The translations under genes were made by a program, and so were the position numbers. From Fibrobacterota bacterium (GTDB taxonomy: Bacteria; Fibrobacterota; Fibrobacteria; UBA11236): a stretch of DNA of 64,000 bases. Location of the stretch: positions 64,412 to 128,411 of the forward strand of contig CANIEU010000005.1 of NCBI GenBank assembly GCA_947466585.1, in the 5' to 3' direction. Positions 59,704-64,000 of this stretch are shown in pieces. Under the pieces are notes generated by a model. That model did not search any database and had not been told where the DNA came from. It saw nothing but the letters and a program-made list of their open reading frames with translations. The number at the start of each line of letters is the position of its first letter. Position 1 is the stretch's first letter.

Positions 59704-60945
59704 ATGAAAAGAGTCGTCATCACCGGTATCGGCACCGTCAATCCGCTCGGCCTCACGGTCGCGGAGTATTGGACCAATCTGGCCGCAGGCAAATCGGGCA
59801 TCACGCGCAATACTCGCTTCGATGTTTCCACCTTCTCGAGTCAGATCGCGGGCCTCGTTCCCGATTTCGATCATGTGCCGCTTTTCAAGGATCAGAAGAT
59901 GGCGCGTCGGCTTGACAAGGCCATCATCTATGGTGTGGTCGCCGGCAATGATGCCGTTAAAGATTCCGGTCTTGCAACGGGCAACTACAATCCCGAGCGC
60001 GTGGGCGTGTACCTCGGCAGCGGCATGGGCGGCGTAGGCACTTTCGAGGCCGAGACGGAAGTCAAGGCGGCACGCGGTCACAAGCGTGTGAACCCGTTCT
60101 TCGTGCCCATGATTCTGCCCAATACGGCCTCGGGCTATCTCAGCATCGAACACGGATACATGGGCCCCAACTACACGGCGGTGTCAGCCTGCGCGAGCGC
60201 GAATCACGCGATGGGGGAGGCCTTCCACGCCATTCAACGCGGCGACGCCGACGTGATTTTTGCCGGCGGCACCGAGGCCGCAGTGGTTGAGGTGGTCGTG
60301 GCCGGCTTCGCCAACATGAAGGCTCTTTCGGGCCGCAGCGACGACCCGGAAGGCGCCTCGCGTCCCTGGGACAAGGGCCGCGACGGCTTCGTGATTGCCG
60401 AGGGTGCGGCGGTACTGTGCCTCGAAGAGCTGGAGCATGCGAAGGCGCGCGGTGCAAAGATCTATGCCGAGTTCGCCGGGTTCGGGCAGAGCAGCGACGG
60501 GTATCACATCACCGCGCCGCATCCCGAGGGCGCGGGCGGCGCGCTGGCCATGAAGGCCGCGCTGCGCAGCGCGAAGCTGAATCCCGAAGACATCGATCTG
60601 GTAAACGCCCACGGCACCTCTACACCGCTGGGCGACCGCGGCGAGACCATGGGTGTGAAGAAATGCTTCGGCGAGCACGCCAAAAAGCTGATGATGCACT
60701 CCACCAAATCGATGATCGGGCATACGCTCGGCGCGGCGGGTGCGGTCGAGGCCGTGGCGGCCATTCTGGCGCTCGACAAGGGCATCGTGCATCCCACTCG
60801 CAATCTTTACGAAGCGGACCCGGAGTGCGATCTGGATTACGTAGCGAACGTGGCTCGTGAGGCGAAGGTGCGCGCGGTGTTGTCGAACTCGTTCGGCTTC
60901 GGCGGGCACAATGCGACGGTGATCTTGAAAAGTTTCGTAGGCTAA
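59704..60945 (+). CDS. fabF: 3-oxoacyl-ACP synthase II
   Basis: 413 aa with KAS II active-site Cys (AVSACASANHA) and a His-His region. Confidence 0.9.
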   Translation: MKRVVITGIGTVNPLGLTVAEYWTNLAAGKSGITRNTRFDVSTFSSQIAGLVPDFDHVPLFKDQKMARRLDKAIIYGVVAGNDAVKDSGLATGNYNPERVGVYLGSGMGGVGTFEAETEVKAARGHKRVNPFFVPMILPNTASGYLSIEHGYMGPNYTAVSACASANHAMGEAFHAIQRGDADVIFAGGTEAAVVEVVVAGFANMKALSGRSDDPEGASRPWDKGRDGFVIAEGAAVLCLEELEHAKARGAKIYAEFAGFGQSSDGYHITAPHPEGAGGALAMKAALRSAKLNPEDIDLVNAHGTSTPLGDRGETMGVKKCFGEHAKKLMMHSTKSMIGHTLGAAGAVEAVAAILALDKGIVHPTRNLYEADPECDLDYVANVAREAKVRAVLSNSFGFGGHNATVILKSFVG

Positions 60946-60951
60946 CCTGTG

Positions 60952-61114
60952 GAAATGAGAAATGAGAATTGAGAAATGAGAAATGAGAAATGAGAAATGA
61001 AGGTTTGGCATTCGGAGGGGCATTCGACCAAGCTTCAAAAATCAGGAAATAATGGGGAATCCGCTGGCGGTGTTCCTCTTTTTTTCTCATTTCTCATTTC
61101 TCAATTCTCATTTC
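60952..61114. repeat. heptamer-array inverted element: (GAAATGA)2-GAATTGA-(GAAATGA)4 ... (TCATTTC)2-TCAATTC-TCATTTC
   Basis: Left array 60952-61000, right array 61087-61114, 86-nt spacer. Even the variant unit (GAATTGA / TCAATTC) is mirrored. Starts 7 nt after the fabF stop. Confidence 0.9.
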
Positions 61115-62004
61115 GGTTTCTCGCCTACTCTCTGGTCTCCTTCACTTCCCTTTCGTTCGCCGCATCGAACACCGTCATCACGGTGCCGGGCGATCAGGGC
61201 AAACCGAAGGCGCTCGAAATCAGCCCGGCGCTGCGCGATTACTGCGGCCTGATCTACGCCTGCGGGCTCAAGGTGCGCGCGGGTACCTGCCCCGCACCCA
61301 AGGACCTCGGGCCGCCCGCGCCGTTTTCGCCGCAGGGCGAACGTTGCGTCGAAGCCCGCGAGCTGGAAACGCGCGGTTTGCGCGCGGATAACCCGGAGTA
61401 TGGATTCCGGCTGTTCCGGTTGTTGGGATTCGAATACCGTGTCGTTTATCACATTCCCGATACGGTGGAAATTTCACGCGCGCGTCTCGAGTATTTACTG
61501 AACGATATTCCGCTGTCGGCCAAACTGATCTCTCATTACCGGCAGACCCCCTACAAGGCCGAGTATGTGAACGCCGCGCACACCCAATTCAAAGGCGAGA
61601 AGGGGACACGCTTGCGCGGCGAGGCCCGTTTGATATCCGGATCCTACGCGGAACGTCGTCTCATTTATCTGGGAACCGGCGTGGCCGAAATCGCCTTCTG
61701 GACGCTGGTCGGCCCGGGCATGATGGATTTCAATTACCGCGAGCTTCCGGCGACAGGCAAAATTCCGGAGCGCATCGTGTACGATCTCAAGGTGGTGGTG
61801 TTTCCCGGAAACGGCATGATCAACTCCATCATGAATCTGGGACTGTTCCGCAACGTGGTCTCCGACAAGGTGCGCGGCGTACTGACCGACATCACCGAGA
61901 CTGCGAAATTGTTGAAGGCCGATCAGGGCAAACAGCTCTTGAAAAACATGGAATGGTCGGCAGACGAGCGGAAGAAAATCGAAACTTTGTTGAAGCTGGA
62001 GTGA
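60997..62004 (+). CDS. hypothetical protein (start uncertain)
   Basis: 335-aa six-frame ORF. Its first ~40 codons are translation of the heptamer arrays (FFSFLISQFSFRF), so the true start is probably downstream of ~61120. The remaining ~290 aa show good codon bias and end 2 nt before trmH. Confidence 0.45.
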   Translation: MKVWHSEGHSTKLQKSGNNGESAGGVPLFFSFLISQFSFRFLAYSLVSFTSLSFAASNTVITVPGDQGKPKALEISPALRDYCGLIYACGLKVRAGTCPAPKDLGPPAPFSPQGERCVEARELETRGLRADNPEYGFRLFRLLGFEYRVVYHIPDTVEISRARLEYLLNDIPLSAKLISHYRQTPYKAEYVNAAHTQFKGEKGTRLRGEARLISGSYAERRLIYLGTGVAEIAFWTLVGPGMMDFNYRELPATGKIPERIVYDLKVVVFPGNGMINSIMNLGLFRNVVSDKVRGVLTDITETAKLLKADQGKQLLKNMEWSADERKKIETLLKLE

Positions 62005-62006
62005 AC

Positions 62007-62705
62007 ATGTCCGATCTTCCCTTGTTGCCCGAAGCCACTGCTGTGACCGACGCTCTGGTCCGCGACGCCATTCAGACTTACGGCGCCAAACTGACGGATG
62101 CCCGTCGCGCCCTGCTGCACAAGGTGGTTTCGGAACGTACCCGGCATTTCGCGATGGTGCTCGAAGACCTCAAGGATCCGCACAACATCAGCGCGGTGAT
62201 CCGCACCAGCGAAGTGTTCGGTCTGCAAGACGTGCATGTCATCAATGAGGTGAATCCGTATCGCGTCACCAAATCGGTACTCAAGGGCAGCTACAAGTGG
62301 CTCGACATTCATTGCCATGCACGCCGCATGGGTTGCTTCGACGCGCTCAAAGCCAAGGGATACCGTATCGCCGTGGCCTCCACCAACCACAGCCAGTCGC
62401 TATTCGATCTCGACCTTTCCATTCCCACGGCCTTTTATCTCGGGTCCGAAGTGATGGGGAATCATCCAGAAACGCTGGCCCGCGCCGATGTGCGCTTTAT
62501 CATTCCGCAGCATGGCCTGACCGAAAGCCTCAACGTTTCCGTTTGTGCGGGTGTGATTCTGGCGACGGTGGACCGCTTTTTACGTGAGCAAGGTCGAGAT
62601 CGTTTCGGGCTGTCCCCGGAGGATCGGTCCGCCTTGTTGGCCACGTATTACGAGCGCAGCGCGGTCGGCATCGATCGCAACTCGCCCGTGCATTACTGGG
62701 ATTAG
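62007..62705 (+). CDS. trmH: SpoU-family tRNA/rRNA 2'-O-methyltransferase (TrmH-like)
   Basis: 232 aa counted from ATG 62007. SpoU motifs (EDLKDPHNISAVIRTSE, YLGSE, PQHGLTESLNVSVCAGVIL). Confidence 0.75.
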   Translation: MSDLPLLPEATAVTDALVRDAIQTYGAKLTDARRALLHKVVSERTRHFAMVLEDLKDPHNISAVIRTSEVFGLQDVHVINEVNPYRVTKSVLKGSYKWLDIHCHARRMGCFDALKAKGYRIAVASTNHSQSLFDLDLSIPTAFYLGSEVMGNHPETLARADVRFIIPQHGLTESLNVSVCAGVILATVDRFLREQGRDRFGLSPEDRSALLATYYERSAVGIDRNSPVHYWD

Positions 62706-62723
62706 ATCAGGTCCCCTCTTCGT

Positions 62724-63737
62724 CTACGCAACAACGGGTTTCGCGGCTTCGGTGGGAACGCCGACCAAAGGTTGCCCATTTTGCGCATACCATTCCAGAA
62801 TCGAGTCCCACGCCTCGCGGGCCGACTCCGCATACCGAAACAGGTGTTTATCACCGGGGTCGATCACACCTTCCTCGATCAACGCGTCCACGTTGAAGAC
62901 CTTGTTCCAGAAGGCCTTGCCGACAAGCACCACCGGGCGTGAACGGGTCTTGCGCGTTTGCACCAAGGTGAGGATTTCGAACAGTTCGTCGAGCGTTCCG
63001 AACCCACCGGGAAAGGCCACCAGCGCCTTGGCACGCATGACGAAATGCAGTTTGCGAATTGCGAAATAGTGGAAGTTGAAGCAAAGCTCGGGCGTGATGT
63101 ACGGGTTGGGCCATTGCTCGTGGGGGAGTGAGATGTTCAGCCCCACGTTGGGTGCCTTGGCGTCGAACGCGCCGCGGTTGGCCGCCTCCATGATGCCGGG
63201 GCCGCCGCCGGTGATGATGACCAAGCGCGGACCAGGGCCCTTGGCGCCCTCTTCGCTGACCAGTTTTCCAAGATCACGCGCCATATCGTAGTAGCGGCTG
63301 TTGTGGACGACCCGTTTGGCGCGCTCCACTTCGGCTTTGAGTTTGGGGCTTGCGGGTTTCGCCTTGAGCGCTGCCTCCACCTGCTTGAGGCGGCGTTTGG
63401 CTTCTGACGGTTCGGGTGTGCGAGCGCTGCCGAACACCACGATACCACCGCCGATGCGGTGTTCGCGCATGATCACTTCGGGTTTGTAATAGTCGAGTTG
63501 TAAGCGGACGCCCCGGGTGAGCGGGTTTGCGAGGAAGGTCGGGTCGTCATCCGCAGCGCTTTTGTAACTCGGGCTGTTTCGCACTCCATCCAGCATGGCC
63601 GCAAGGGGGGGCAGCCCGGGGTCCCGAGTAGGAATTTTCCGAGAAACCGGTTTTTTTGGGGATAATTTGCGCGATGGCGATTTTTTCATGCCTTGAAAAT
63701 AGGTTTCCCATCCGTTTAGGGTCCTTAATGGGTACAC
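62724..63737 (-). CDS. LOG family protein (cytokinin riboside 5'-monophosphate phosphoribohydrolase-like, TIGR00730)
   Basis: GGGPGIMEA and PGGFGTLDE motifs. The N-terminal extension and the start are uncertain. Confidence 0.75.
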   Translation of the reverse strand: MYPLRTLNGWETYFQGMKKSPSRKLSPKKPVSRKIPTRDPGLPPLAAMLDGVRNSPSYKSAADDDPTFLANPLTRGVRLQLDYYKPEVIMREHRIGGGIVVFGSARTPEPSEAKRRLKQVEAALKAKPASPKLKAEVERAKRVVHNSRYYDMARDLGKLVSEEGAKGPGPRLVIITGGGPGIMEAANRGAFDAKAPNVGLNISLPHEQWPNPYITPELCFNFHYFAIRKLHFVMRAKALVAFPGGFGTLDELFEILTLVQTRKTRSRPVVLVGKAFWNKVFNVDALIEEGVIDPGDKHLFRYAESAREAWDSILEWYAQNGQPLVGVPTEAAKPVVA

Positions 63738-64000
63738 TTTCTATAAAAAGTCAAATGACAATATTTGTTTTTTCTTATTTTGCGCAATTCTCTATTTTTT
63801 AAGGAATTTCGTATTTGAGACGTCCTTTTTTACGATAAAAGCGGGTTGCTCCAAACTAGCATTAGTACTAAAACATCAATTTTTGTTTCTGGTCATTTTG
63901 CGCAACATCTTCGGGAAAGTCCCCCTATATTCAATTTCCGGGCAGTCGTTTGACGTCCGTGATGCCATAGGCGATCGCGACTTTTTTCGAACTGGTTCTG

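Overview
64 kb high-GC (~62-64%) bacterial chromosomal segment, densely coding on both strands, dominated by housekeeping genes. No rRNA, tRNA, CRISPR array, transposase, integrase or phage gene was recognised.

Recognised gene blocks:
- metF, an aminotransferase, and the 3' part of a radical-SAM SplB-like gene.
- A long minus-strand gene string: hflX - DUF58 - BatA-like membrane protein - aroE - aroK/aroB fusion - NAD epimerase - MraY-like paralog - eukaryotic-type UDP-sugar pyrophosphorylase - LpxL-family acyltransferase.
- guaA, pepA, and a GAF/sigma-54 activator.
- gcvT-ftsK, a 1-Cys peroxiredoxin, ruvC-ruvA-ruvB, and a YebC-family regulator.
- yceD-rpmF-plsX-fabH-fabD-fabG-acpP followed by rnc, a lipoate ligase-like gene, an XPB/Ssl2-type helicase, two M16 peptidases, and only then fabF.
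- trmH and a LOG-family gene.

Two proteins carry Por/T9SS-type C-terminal sorting domains: a PQQ sugar dehydrogenase, and a small secreted protein interrupted by an in-frame TAG. This points to an FCB-superphylum (Bacteroidota/Rhodothermota-like) high-GC organism.

The most unusual sequence-level feature is a recurring non-coding element family. Two inverted arrays of tandem heptanucleotides flank a 25-90 nt spacer. It occurs at least six times: cbiX/gcvT, fabD/fabG, fabG/acpP, XPB/M16, downstream of fabF, and downstream of the sigma-54 regulator. Each instance uses a different 7-mer, and several overlap or create the apparent start codons of the downstream genes.

Other notable features:
- A 10-bp minisatellite upstream of the interrupted T9SS cargo gene.
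- A 281-bp element with 33-bp terminal inverted repeats.
- Several 10- or 30-bp-periodic direct-repeat sets in promoters.
- Two tandem outer-membrane beta-barrel paralogs.
- A large low-GC orphan lipoprotein.
- Highly basic extensions on an RNA m5U methyltransferase.
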